Shown here: positions 13,300 through 27,000 of the stretch, one piece after another | How positions within the stretch are numbered: position 1 is the stretch's first letter | Layout: every line of letters starts with the position of its first letter | NCBI GenBank assembly: GCA_965644265.1 | Contig: OZ286460.1 | Coordinates: forward strand, 19,654,001-19,718,000 | DNA length: 64,000 bases | Origin: Glycera tridactyla | Lineage: Eukaryota | Direction of reading: 5' to 3' | The notes under the pieces: model-generated | What the model saw: only the letters and a program-made list of their open reading frames with translations | The model's database searches: none | Told to the model about the DNA's origin: nothing | Position numbers and translations under genes: made by a program

Positions 13300-15130
13300 C
13301 AATGCCAAATGTCAGTGGCGAATGAGCAAGAACTCATAATGCTTTGGCAGGAAAGAGTACCAGAACAAGAATTCATTATACTTTGGCAGGTACAAGTACA
13401 AAATCTCATGATATTTAGGTAAGTACTAGAGTAATAATCAATGACATTTGGGTCAGGACTGGAGCCATTGCCTATAATACTTTAACAGTTACTAAGTTTC
13501 AGAGAGTAAGAGCCAGTGATACTTTTAAGTGTTGAGTGTGTTGGGACGAAACATTTTGAACCAGTACCTGACAAATACATGTTCATTCAAACCTGTCTAC
13601 AAAGACCACCATTGGTTGCATCAACACATGATACTAGAGGGACCCCTAATAGCCTGCAGGTTCTTCAGTGAGAAACATGATACTTGGGTATGTACTAGAG
13701 TACTGGAGTGAGAAATCCCCAATACATGTACTTCAAGTACTTCAGTAAGTGCACAAGATACACGTGTGAGTACTATTTGGGTAAGTACAGTCGAACCTGT
13801 CTATAACGACCACCCCCGGTCGCAGGAAAAGTGGTCGTTATAGAGAGGTGGTCGTTATGGAGAGGTTCTGATGAAAAATGCATTCACACACATCTGTGGC
13901 CGGTAAGTGACAGCTGACATGTATGACACCTTCACCATTCCGGCTCCAAGCAAAAATGAATCCGGTTTCGCAATTATCAATAGATATCACGGAATCAATG
14001 ACTGTCAATTGTATCCCCATATGATACATCTGAATTCGACGAAATATCGACATTTTCACCAGCAACGTGATGGATTCGTTCATCAGGCGCAAAGAGCGGC
14101 GGTAACAACATGCTAGCGGAACCTGAGCAGTGAGCAAGTGAGCTGATCTGAGCATGTATCACGGGCTCGGGTGAAGATGATCCCGGCCGGCCGCGGTGGT
14201 CGTTAGAAGGGGTTGGTGGCTAGGATGTGAGCAGATAGTGGGCAGACTGAGCTCATTCCACGGTCTCAGATACGGACAATCCCGGCCGGCCACTGGGCGG
14301 TCGTTAGAAGGGGTTGGCGGCCAGATAATGAGCAGCAAGCGAGTGAGTTGATCTGAGCACATGTCCCGGTCTCGGTAAAGAAGATTGGCGGCAGGAATGT
14401 GAGCAGATAGCGGGCAGACTGAGCTCATTTCACGGTCTCAGGTATGGACGATCTCGGCCTGCCACTGGGCGGTTGTTAGAAGGGGTTGGTGGCAAGAATG
14501 CAAGCAATGAGCAGGTGAACTGAGCATATTTCCCGGTCTTGGATACGGCCGCGGCGGTCGTTATAGGGAGGTTCGGGAACCAAACATGGTGGTCGCTGGT
14601 CGGAGTTGGCGTGTGGTCGCTATACAGAGGTTAAACATAGTGAAAAATACGTCGGTCGTGGTCAGGGGTGGTCATTAAAGTAAGGTGGTCTTTATACAGA
14701 GGTGGTCGCTAGAGCAGGTTAGACTGTACTAGAGTGAAAACCCATGATACGGTACTTGTGCAGGTACTTTAGTGAAAAACCTGGTACATGAACAGATACT
14801 AAAGTAAGAACCCATGATATTTTGGCAGATACAAGAGGTAAAACAAATGATACTTTGGCAGGTACTGGAGTAAAAAATTCCTGATACCTCGGCAGGTACT
14901 TCAGTAAAAACCCAAAATATTATGGCAGGTAATAGAGTAAGTACCAATAATACTTGGGTAAGTGCTGTAGTACCTTGATATTTGCATATGTACTTTAGTG
15001 AAAAATCCCTGATACATTGACAGGTACTAGAGAAAAAATCGATGATACTTTGGCAGCAACTAGAATAAGAACCCATGATACTTTGATACTAGAGAAAGAA
15101 CCCATGATACATGGGTAAGTATTAGAACTT
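13300..15130. repeat. Degenerate ~33-bp minisatellite interrupted by the 939-bp MITE
   Basis: Recurring GATACTTTGGCAGGTACTAGAGTAAGAACCCAT-like units on both sides of the insertion. Confidence 0.75.
13788..14726. mobile_element. 939-bp long member of the TA-flanked MITE family with GC-rich internal tandem repeats
   Basis: TA-CAGTCGAACCTGTCTATAACGACCAC...GTGGTCGCTAGAGCAGGTTAGACTG-TA; ~100-bp internal units at 14125-14580. Confidence 0.85.
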
Positions 15131-16679
15131 ATGATACTTGGAAAGCAGCTGTTTGCTGTACATCCACAAATAGTGACAAATATTTCAGAAAAGGTGAGTG
15201 AATGAAGCAGAATCTGAATCAAAACTGACTCAAGCCACTGAATTGACCACATATATAGGAATGAAGAATAAAACATGATGAAAAACATATAAAATACCAT
15301 AAATGAGATGCATGATATTTGTTAGAAAAAATATACTCGATCATTAACATGTCATGTGACAACACAAAAACACCACAGCAGCCATGGCTGACGAAAGATT
15401 CTGGATGGAAATCTGAAAGCTCCTAGCTTCAAAGCCAAATGTGAGTACCAAGAAAGTCGCAACTTGACTATTATGGAGATGTTTGTTGTTACACACAGAA
15501 AGCTTGAAATAGAGAAGCTCTCAGAGAACATCTCCTTCATCAGCTCAATGGCAGCTGTGGCTTTACTGTTGTGAATCACATGACTTAGAGGTCATTTGGG
15601 AGTCACATGATGAGAATATCAGCAATGGCGACATTCCTAATGGAATCATAGGTTCAGTTATTTTTAAGACAATTGGTTTGCCAGACTACCAGAAGGTGGC
15701 AGCTCATACACCCCCATCTAGTGGCAACTGAACTTGATGGCAGTTTCACAGAAGAAAGGAAGATGGCAACAATTTCTGGAGACTACTCATCTTGACTCAC
15801 TGGCTTCATAACTTGATTACTTGATTTCAAATAAACTGAAAAATGCCAAAATAGACTGAGCATTGAAGGTGAAAAGTCGCACTACATCATATAGAGGGCT
15901 TTTTGTACCTGACAACCAAAATGGTCAAAAGAAATATTTGAATAATTTTAGGTTGACTCATTGAAAGGAAATGAAACCAAAACCTCTCGGCGTTTAGGAC
16001 TCATACTGACCAAATGATACATATCCATAAAAAAATGGCAATGACGATACAGCTCAACTCCTGCATGTTGTGATTTAAAATAACATAATTGACCATGGAA
16101 ACATCAAGGTCATCAAATGCACTCATGTCATTTCATTTATTGCACAAACCACATGACCTTGTCATGACTCGAAATATATATACATCATACTTGCAAATAA
16201 ATAAAATTTACAAATGTACACTAATAAAAACTGACATTGAAGAATTAAAAATATGTACAGTAGAACCTGAGATGAGAGGTTCATTGACTAGAGAGACCAC
16301 CTAGTATGAAAGACCACATTTTGAGAGCTCTTTCCCACAATAAATACATGCACACCTTCAATGAGACCTGTTTTATAAGACCATTATTCATTGTCAATGG
16401 AGGTGGTCTCTCATCACAGGTTTCACTGTGGAGGGGTGGGGTTCTTGAGGTGAACAAGATCTTGTGGTGTACAAACTATAGGAAGACAACAGTAAAGACA
16501 TGCACCACACAATTCATCCATATAAATCAGGGCATGATAAGATAGCCATTAAACATCACAAAATCAATCAATCCAATATTCATTGGCAATATTGAGCATT
16601 TTCCCACATGAAATCATCCTGGAAACCTCACAATAAGTGGATTGCGTAGATTTGTACATCCTTTCTGATGTATATATCT

Positions 16680-16681
<2 letters not shown>

Positions 16682-16717
<36 letters not shown>

Positions 16718-16896
16718 TTTTGATTAATTTCATGTCAGTGACATGATGCACAGGCGACAGGTCCATGAAATGTGTCAAATGCCCAAGCCCAATTTTGGGG
16801 TTTCATACGGGGTTTGAACCCACAACCTCTCGGTAAGGCACCCATCGCCAGCAACGCAGTGTCAGTGCTGCCTACCGCTACCCTACCAAGGCACCC
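16682..16896 (-). mobile_element. tRNA-derived SINE with (TG)n tail
   Basis: Minus-strand head GGGTGCCTTGGTAGGGTAGCGGTAGG (A-box-like) and GGTTCAAACCC (B-box); body ACAGGTCCATGAAATGTGT plus the CA run recurs at 40164-40274. Confidence 0.65.
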
Positions 16897-17324
16897 AACA
16901 ATTAGGGGAGCTCAGTGAGCAGCTATGAGGCTAGCACTGACAATGTGTCACACACATATGCATGCACCCACCCACCCCCCCCCCCCCCCACACACATATG
17001 GTGGTTTCATCATCACCTTTCACTTCAATATCATGCTCTTTCCACACTTTATCTGCGGTACAAACCTTTCATACAGATTTTCTCATAGAAACCTCAAACT
17101 CCTGGCTTCCATGTGGAATGGGGTATATCTGTGGTAGTAGGAGTAGATACTCTAGTAAAAACAGATTTGCTTATCAAATAAATTCACCATATCCTATTAG
17201 TGGGAACGCTTCAAGATTCCACAAAGCTGAAGACTGAGTCAAATGCTCTGGCAGTGCCATTGAGTACAATTTGATAATCTTTTTCAACAATCATGTATTC
17301 TCACATTCTTTTATGCCATAGATG

Positions 17325-18401
17325 AACAAGGCCACAGAGGGGCAAGATACCCCGCACACGGGAGCACAGTGGGTAACCCATATCGCACACGGGAGGACGG
17401 TGGGTAACCCATACCGGAAAAGGTCATTGAGATGTTTGGTTGGCTACGTAATAAATCACTGGATCACTGTGTAGAATAACAGTAGCACCTGAAACCTTCA
17501 CCTCGACCAATGACTCAGGGTCACATGCATTGTAAGGGAGATGTTGTTACATTGTTACATCACTTGATCATCCCAGATCAGTTTGATCTTTATCCAACAA
17601 TGCTAGCCTGAGTTATTGTGTGAGACGTGGAAATTTAAAAATAGCTCCTATGGCCTTGACCTTTGACCCTAGGTCACACGCACCGAATGGGAGATATCTC
17701 ACCATTGGGTCATAACATTGTGCAACTTTGGTGCATATCAATCAATGCAAGCTTGAGCTGGAGTGTAAAATGAGAAAAAGTTATGAATAGCTCCTGTGAC
17801 CTAGACCTTTGACCTAGGGTCACATGCATTGAAAGGGAGGTGGCCCACCATTGGGTCATTACTAGGTGTAAGTTTGGTGCATATCCACCAAATCTAGCTC
17901 AGGTTAGAGTGTGAAATGAGAAAATCTATAAATAGCTCCTGTGACCTTGATCTTTGACCTAGGGTCACATGAATCGAAAGGGAGGTGGCCTACCATTAGC
18001 TCATTACTTTCTGTAAGGTTGGTGCATATCCATCGAAGCTAGCTCGGTTTAGAGTGTAAAATGAGAAAATCCATAAATAGCTCCTGTGACCTTGACCTTT
18101 GACCCAGGGTCACATGCATCGAAAGGGAGGTGGCCCACCATTGCGTCATCACTTCGTGTAAGTTTGGTGTATATCCATTGAGGCTAGCTCGAGTGTAAAA
18201 TAGGAAAATCTATAAATAGCTCCTGTGACCTTGACCTCTGACCTTTGGGTACAAAAATCAAATTCTCGTATACGATTTTTACATAGATCACAGTTATGAA
18301 GTTTTATAGAAATCGGACCAGCCAATCCAAAGTTATTGCATGAAATGTGAACGGAGGTGAAACTATAATACCCCGCTTTTTCAAGAGCGGGGTATAAAAA
18401 A
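17325..18401 (+). mobile_element. Helentron-associated non-autonomous element (HINE-like) with central ~145-bp tandem array
   Basis: 5' AACAAG...ATACCCCGC (17347-17355); 3' hairpin ATACCCCGCT-N8-AGCGGGGTAT (18368-18395) then an A-run; array units start at 17641, 17787, 17932, 18077, 18216 and contain TGACCTTGACCTTTGACC. Confidence 0.8.
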
Positions 18402-20496
18402 TCATGCACCACTCAATTCAACTGCATTGTGTATGTTTGCTTTCTGAAGAAGTCAATGAAAGTAGTATAATCAACAATAAGATGAAATATATACAGTGAA
18501 ACCTGCAACAAGAGATCCCTGATAAACGAGCACCTCCCAGGGGTACTTTTTTCATGGCAGCTCTTTTACTTGACTATGTCAAATATGCCTCGATGAGAGA
18601 CCACCTTTTTTAAGAAACCATAATTGGGGAAATCTCTCATCACATGTTTTACTGTATGTATCACACCTGAAGCAGGATAGAGCAAGAACCCACAGTTATT
18701 GAATAAAGTCACAATATCCCACAAGAATGGACAATCTGAGCATTTCAGCCATGGGATTCCACTTGCCTTGTGAAGTATAGTGGCTCTATCCAATATACAT
18801 ATATTTTGCTTTTATACCACAGACAAACCATCTCAATTGGGTCATTTCCTTTGTTGACCTCACTAGATATTAGACAATTCTGGGATATTTCTGCCGCTAT
18901 CTAATGGGTATATCATTCATGGATATGTTGATATCTGTAGTACAACAAGCAAGAAAAAGCAATTTGCAGATTTTCTTTTATCTAATTTTGTGATTAATGA
19001 ACAGGATAACAAAGAAGGCTTACCAGTGCTAGTGGGAAATATTCAAAATTCTAAAAGTAAAAATGAAAATTCAGGTCGTAGCATGCACCAGTAGACACAG
19101 GATTACAATACGAGTTTGGATAGCACACAACTGAAAAACATCAAAGAACACAACACCAACTGCCATGGCAACATTGAATATGACTAGAAAGATATGATGA
19201 GATTAACACTGATTCAATATTGGCAGCAAACCATCACAAAAAATAGCAACATAGAGGTAACCACAGGGAACACATAATAACAGGTTCTTTTAGTGTACAT
19301 GCTGAAAGCAAACTTTCCTCTCACTAAAAATGTGGAATTGTCTCAACAAATTTCTGACAATGAGGTAGTTATCACGATGGAGGAGGTGAAGTCCGATCTT
19401 GTAAGTTGACAATCAATCAAGGATTTGTAGAACTTATATCGAACAATCTTGTTGCTATTTGCACGCTGCCATTATCTCATGAACCTCCTAATTTGAAGCT
19501 GAATATTTCAGCAAGCACTCAAATTACAAGAAAATCGAACATAGAACTGTAATGGACAGAACAGGAAGATCATTTGAAGCAAGTTTGATCATTTTTCAAG
19601 GTGTTTTTGAGTGTTCATCACTCACAAAATACGGGCAGAAAGTTACAATTCTAAGGCAAACTTTCATCATTCGATGTCAGCCTAGTGAGTCTGAACTCCA
19701 ATTACTTGTCTGATCATCATTCGCTGCTGAAGGCGATTGATCGATCAGTACTAGTCCAAGCACTAGTATACATACCCCTTTGCTTGATGACAGCATCTCA
19801 GAAGCCAATGAGGCTCCTCCATACTGTGAGCTGCGAACCTGACATTCATCCCGCAGCGAGAGTGAGATCACAAACTACAGAGCTGGAGCTCTTGAAAGCA
19901 CCTATCATTACTTGTAAAATCTAGTTCACACGTATATATCAGGTTGAAATCTGATTGTACCCATCATGAGTATCTTTATACATAATATGCTACAGATACC
20001 GGGATGAATCTGGTACAAATGATCATCTCACTTTAAGATATCTCAATCAGGGATGTCCTGATTTGCTTCAACTTTTTAAGCAACCTTAGCTTGATAATAT
20101 GTAGTAGTGATCTCACTCTGGGATGAGTGCAGGTTCGCCGCAAACAATTCAGAGGAATATCATTGGCTTTGCTATGGTGAATTGGATTCTACATGATGCA
20201 GTTTTGGCTGCTGTACTTCCATTTTAGATGTTTTTTTAATCTGTATTCAAGGCAAGCTTATTCATCATGCTTCCCAAATGTCATTTTGATAATAATCTAG
20301 GAGTACTAGCCAGATTGAGCCAGATGAGTGCAGTTTTAGCCCATGGCTAATTCTGGCCAAATGGTTGATGCTAACACAGGGGAGGGTAGGATGGGAGGAA
20401 CAATATGGTTGACAATCTATCACCTCTACTGGAGGCCTATCCAGAACTATAGAAAGATGACAACAACAAACTACCCGAGCTATCCGTGCAAATGTC

Positions 20497-21015
20497 TTAC
20501 ATTTTTGTCACTTCCTCATCTTTGGATTCTTCTGCTGGTTGTGGAGTGTGTTCTGTCCATGTATTGTCCGAGGGTTGAGACTCAGATGCTGCTGATGATG
20601 ACGACACAGGGATGGGAGAAGCTCTCTCAACATGGTTGCTATCACTTGAGGCGCCATCGGGGGCATTAGTAGTGGTTTCAGTCTCGGGGGCACATGCAGG
20701 TTTTGCATCATCACCGGTGCTCTCACTCACCAACTCACCTCCCATTGTCTGTTCGTCCTCCCCAGCCTCACTTTTTGTGTCCCTCTCCCCCTGTTTAGGT
20801 CCATCACCATTGCCTACTTTTTTAACATCTCCATTTGCTGGCTCATCAGCAATGGAGTTTTCTTGGCTATTGTCAATGGAGCTTGGTTGTAACGTGGTTT
20901 GTTCTGCTGGGGTCTCTGTAGATGACTGTAAGACGGCCGTCATTTGTTGTTTCTTATAATCCTCCTCCATCTGTTTGACCTTGGCCTCATGATCTCGCTG
21001 AATCTCTTCTTTCCG
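20497..21015 (-). CDS. PLCB: PLC-beta last coding exon ([22 protein letters not shown]... acidic tail ...EEVTKM-stop)
   Basis: ctgatttcag| then 519 nt open to stop, phase 0. Confidence 0.88.
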   Translation of the reverse strand, partial: RKEEIQRDHEAKVKQMEEDYKKQQMTAVLQSSTETPAEQTTLQPSSIDNSQENSIADEPANGDVKKVGNGDGPKQGERDTKSEAGEDEQTMGGELVSESTGDDAKPACAPETETTTNAPDGASSDSNHVERASPIPVSSSSAASESQPSDNTWTEHTPQPAEESKDEEVTKM

Positions 21016-24000
21016 CTGAAATCAGAAAAACAAGGCTAACAGTGGGAATCATGTATTACATGATATAAAATTGTACCAAAATATGGAAAGCGATACTGAT
21101 GATGACTTCACAGTTCTAGACTCATTCATGACTTAACACAATAATGGCAGTCACATAAGTTATAAAGATGCCGGCCTTTGGTTTGTATGACAAATTTTAT
21201 TTGGCTTTGAACGTCAATTGGGTTGCAAGGTGGTGTTGCAAACCACAAGTGAGAGGCTATTCGTTCAATCCTGGGCCAGTGCAAGAAAGAAGCGTTATTT
21301 TCAACTATAAAGTGATTGTACACAGTTAAAACACATCCTTTTTTCTCAGTTTCTGCATAATCCAATCATTGGTTCTTGTTGTCAAATATGGAAGTTTGAT
21401 ATGCTTGTCCTTACATACTTCCCCTATGTCCAATGAAACCTACAATAGGAGACCTTCTGAAGAGAGGCCATCTATTTTGAGATATCACTTTCTGGAAGCA
21501 CCTGTTCTGTTTCATAAGGATATAGTGTTTCTGAGTTGATATGGCATGAGTACACCAACAGTACAGTCAAACCTGTCCTAAGCAGTCACCCTTCGGGAAG
21601 GCAAAAAGTGGCTGCTTAGGGTAGGTGGCTGCTTAGAGCAGGTCAATTATAGTGGAAAAACCTCTGGTGGGAAATTCAAAAGTGGCTGCTCAGGGCAGGT
21701 GGCTGCTTAGTACAGTGGCTGCCTAGGACAGGTTAGACTGTAATTGGTAGAAGGACCTTCATCCTATCATTCTATCATTAAGATCATCCCTTGTAATGGT
21801 ATTCCTGCAAGAAAAAACTCATACACATGCTTAAATGCAATGACGTCCATTACACTGACCTTCACTCGTTCCTCCTCAACTTTGACCTTGAGTTGTTCTT
21901 GTCGTTCCAGCAGTTCTTCTTTACGTTTCTCCAGCATGTCGCGCAACTTCTGTCGCTCTTGCACAGCCAATGTGATGTGCTTCTGTTGTGCTTCCCGTTT
22001 TACACTGGAAATGAAAATGAAAATAAGCTCAAATTTTGAATGCTTCAATTTCCGAAGGAAAAGACTTCTATCAGAAAAGAAGTTGGTTTCATGCTCACTC
22101 CTGCCATGGGTTCTCCACCATTACCTCGCATTTATTGATTCTGCTCATATTTTAGGCCATGAATCATGCATAATAAATAAGATTCTCTCCATGATTCATG
22201 TCCAAGAACGAGCAGCAGACCTATCCAGCGTCTTCTGTCTATTGAGCTTGCAAAGAACACCGAAAGGAATTAGAACATTTGGCATCTCATTAGGATGAAG
22301 TTGCACAGCGGTTCAGAGAAAGTAAGAGCTTTCAGAAGCCATCTGGATCCTCTCGTCAGCGAGTGTCTATTGAGATGAGTTGGTGATCTGCGGATCCCAG
22401 CTAGATCAGCATCTGGCAAGGAGGGATATCAGGACGAGAAGACATCATGGAAATCAACCTGCCCCCCTGGAAAATCAACCTGCTCTGCTTACATATGCAA
22501 GTAATTTATGATTATTTTCTACCTGCCCACCTGTAAAATCCACTTGCCCCGGGAAGGTGGGCAGCTATCACTTCTCGCCCTGGATATTTATTCTAGTGAA
22601 TCCCGAATAGTTCAACAAATGTCAACAAAGCCTGTTTATTGTTATGATTTCTGCAACACTGTGACCATGCGATCACAGATTGGGAAATATCCACTTGCCA
22701 GATTTGACTTTGTCAGACTTCAAAACCCTGATAAATACACCACTCTTTCCTGAAAGATGGGAGTATACATACCGGGAAAGTTCACTCTTGTCTTTGTGTT
22801 TCTTGGCCAACAACTTCATCTCTTCTCGACTTAATCCGTCCAACTTCTTCTTCAGCTCCATCACCTCTTTATCATGGATTTCGTCAAGTTTCTTCAGCTG
22901 CTGATCTCGACTCACATCAATCAGTTGCTCCATTAAATCGTAGAGTTGTGGATGATAACGCATCAACAAATCCAACTCAGCTGAACACTGATCACGGAAC
23001 AATTCCAACATTGCCGCTATATGACCTCGCTTCATCTCTTTGTGCTGATAATCATAAATAGAACAAACTTGCATCAATTGAGAAAGCACCATAATTAAAT
23101 GAAAGAAAGCAATTGCAATGTTATCATGTATATTTGGCAAATTCTGAAGATAGCTCCACATTGTGGAAACTCCTTCTACCTTTTAGGAACTGCCAAATTC
23201 ATATTTGTATATTATAATATCAATTACTTGTATATTTCTTAATTATATAATATATGAAACCCTTAGATCTCGGGAAATCATATCTGAGGTTTAGATATAG
23301 TCAGCAGGTACTTATGGGTGACAGGTCAGAACTGGCCAAGGCGGAACTCTCTGCCCAAATTGTTGCTGATGCAAAAAAAAATCATGACAAAGTTGGATTT
23401 GTATCTGGCCAAAAACTAGAGTTGCTCGCCAGTGTTAATACCAATATGATTCAGTTACACATTCAAATCTCTACACAAGTATTTCAAAATTTCAGACATC
23501 ACAAATGTCTACCTTAAAAGTATGGTCAGGGAGATTCTAGGTGGCCTCCTGAAATAGGTTTCACGGTATAGAAACATTTTCAGATTGTGTTAGATCATGC
23601 ATGTACACATTGCACTATGAACCTACCTTGTTTTCTTGCTCAGATAGAAGTTGTGCGAGCTCCTGTGAATTGAGAGACTGAACCTCCTCGAGTTTACCAT
23701 GTTTTGAGGCACGTTTGATCGACTTTTTGTGCGTCTTCTCCGTTACTGTCTTGTTTTTGATCTGTGAGAGTAATAGCTTCTCCTCGTGAAGCTCATGTAA
23801 GTCATGCAAGTTTGTGCGGGCCTGTAAAGAAAAAAATCCAATGATGACCACAGCTCCCTATTTTTTGGTACCATAAATAGGCCCCAGAGAGAGAAATTGA
23901 AGTGCCTGCAAAATAATGTCAATCAACAACTTCCAAGGATGAATCATAGTCATGATTGTTATGTTGATATATTTCATACATGCATTGCTATTATGGCAGA

Positions 24001-27000
24001 TTTGCTCCCAAGAAATCATCCAATATCATGTGAACTGGAACTCATATCGAGGGAGGCAGGGTTCTACTAACCTGTGGATGAGAGAGTATGATTTATCTGT
24101 TAATCAATTCCTACCACTACAAAAATGGCAAGGAAACACCATGCCAGGAAGTCATCCACCACCTACACAGACACCTGGAGATCTAGGTGACTACACTGAA
24201 TTCCCATGTTTCTGCTAATTGATGATTGATCGAAGGATGATGGCATGTACCGACCCACAGGATTATGTAAGCTGTGTTCCTGATCTATGGAAGCAGGATA
24301 TTCTGTCCACTGTTGGCATCACTCTCACATATCCTGAACACAAAATGATGAGGAACCAGAAAGGCTGTCAAACCTATGGTAAGTAATTGATGGTTTAGAC
24401 ACACCTCTGCATACCTCATTTTATCCAATGAATCCAATGATGGCATGTCTAACAATGTAGCTGGCTGGAAGCTGACACTGAAGCCTGATGGCAGGGCTTT
24501 CATTTCAAGCCAATTGCAGGACTTGGAACAAAGTACAGCATTACTTTTTTTTTGTTGAGAATACCAATGAGACGCAATGATTGTTGATTATAGTGTCCTT
24601 ATATTTCCTTGCTGCATCTGCAAGACTCTGCATCGTGGAAGGTTTTTCCCTATAACTCTAAAACTGCTCCAAACTGTCTAGTTCATTCGTGTTNNNNNNN
24701 NNNNNNNNNNNNNNNNNNNNNNNNNNNNNNNNNNNNNNNNNNNNNNNNNNNNNNNNNNNNNNNNNNNNNNNNNNNNNNNNNNNNNNNNNNNNNNNNNNNN
24801 NNNNNNNNNNNNNNNNNNNNNNNNNNNNNNNNNNNNNNNNNNNNNNNNNNNNNNNNNNNNNNNNNNNNNNNNNNNNNNNNNNNNNNNNNNNNNNNNGAGG
24901 AGCAATAGAGAATAGCAATGAGAATGGAGGAAAAGCAACAGAAAGAGCGGCAGGGAAGGAGAGAAGAGGAAGGGAGAGTAAACGGCAGGATGAGAATGGG
25001 GTAGAGGAAGCAAATGAGGGAGAGGAAAAAGAGAGGTAGAAAGGAAGCGAGTGAGAGTGAATGCTAGCCCAGGCACTGGAGGCAGGGAATGAAGGAGACA
25101 GAGAGAGAAAGCTGAGACATATCATAGAGAAAGGCCATAAATTAACAATTTCAAGCAAGAAACACACAGTCACATTTGACTGTTGGTGCAGTGTTTTAAA
25201 AACAAACATCAACCAAGTACAGCACAGCACAAATACTTCACTTGCAGTGAATACAATAGATTGTATTTATTGCATACATGTGGATGTATGAGAAAGCTTC
25301 ATAAAACACACAGACCAGGCCTTACTGGAACACCTAGCCCTTCTGCCTAACACTCGTGCCAATGCTTCAAAGGAATTTAAGTTTGCCATCTGGAGCTTTG
25401 TGTCTGATACTATTGGGCTGAGGAAAAATAGTCCCGCCTCCTGCAGAGTGAACTGGATTCAGCCTACATTTCTTCCCATCCTTCCTGAGCCCTGCTGTAT
25501 CAAACACAAGCCTTGATGGTGTAAACTTAGATCCAACAAACACTATGGTGTGGGTTAATGCAATATGGCATATATGGAACACTATTCCAGTGTACAATAT
25601 GCCATAATTTGCTATTACTATGGTGTAAAAGATGGCATATTAGTTCAATAGCTAATGGCTTACAACCAGTGCAACACAACATTGGTCACTACAACCCAAC
25701 CACTCAGACCTGTTGGGGAACAGCCTGCCATCTATTGGCAGGGGCAAGCATCAATCTGTCATCTACTGGCTGCAGTTCACATCATAGCGATTTTACCAAC
25801 ACTCCCAAGCAAGTCTCAACTCTAGGTGCACAAGTTCAGATGTACTGTACGAACAAAACTTCTCATTCTTTGAATTTGGCCACTCTGCCAAATCTTGGGA
25901 AATGTAAATCTGATGTTCAGAGAGTCAAATCCCACTCCCAATAACAGTTTGTGGATATTCTGGTAGACCCATATAAATCAAATGAAAATTCTATTTTACA
26001 TGAAAAAGTATGTACCATCAAATGAGAATGGGATGGATGTATCAACAAGTGGTAGCAGTGGTGATGGCAGCAATCAGTAGCTGCTGTTCCCTGTGTTGTT
26101 GATATCATATTTCACCTTCTGGATGACCTTGTGCCACTTGTTTACATTTTTCTAATTGCACAATTCGGGAAGTGGTGGCATGGCAACAGCAGATACATGT
26201 TGTTCCGTGATACAACTGGTGTTAACATGATAAGATCTGAACCTTGTACTAAATCATTATAATATCTTAACCCCGAGATGAGCTTACTTCAGCTTGTACC
26301 TCTTTCTCTCATATCAATATTTTGCCTGTCCAGCAGCTGCTAGTGATTGCAGTGCAGGAATTAAGCACCTCATTCAGCATTGGCCTCTCACCTTTCTCTA
26401 ATAGCATTCATTCAGGAGATTGGGAATTTTTACAGGTCATGGATTCTTCTAATCCACTCTCCTGAAGTAGCTCCAGAGATGCCGACCACTACGATTTTGG
26501 AGCAGCAACTACTCTTTTCAGTTCAACATTCTTGCCTTTCATGGTCATGCTACTCAACAAAATCAAGATTTTTCTTATTAATCTATTCAAAATACTGGCA
26601 CTGCTACTCTTCGACTTTGGCCCTGTTACTATATTGGTCCTTCAGAGGTTGACATCTATGTAGCTCTAATTCCATTATGACACTGCTCTGTAATCTGACT
26701 CCTGTCCATATCTAGAAAATATCTTGGTATCAGTACAGTACCAGCAACTGTTTGTTAGTACTGGCCCTATATCAATAGGCGATACAATTTTGCATGGCCT
26801 TTCTAAAGAAGTGAGCTTGAGTAAGTCACAGCTGATGTACTGGATAGGAAGAAACTTCCACATGCCTCACTCCTTATCATAGCATATCTGCAGCGACAAA
26901 TTTTGATATTGCCTATCAATTGCAAGCAAGGGGTGAATTTTATGCTTTTCACAGAAGTGATACTTTGACTGGTCATACAATCCTCGATGGTGACCCCTAG

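Noticed and set aside
14729-15076. Cys-rich 115-aa ORF with CQSII repeats
   Set aside because: Translation of the 33-bp minisatellite.
16805-16896. tRNA gene
   Set aside because: Only A/B-box-like motifs, no convincing cloverleaf; it is joined to a repeated body and TG tail, so called a SINE.
24609-25230. ORFs spanning the N gaps (also 40221-40597)
   Set aside because: Artefacts of N runs and purine-rich low complexity.
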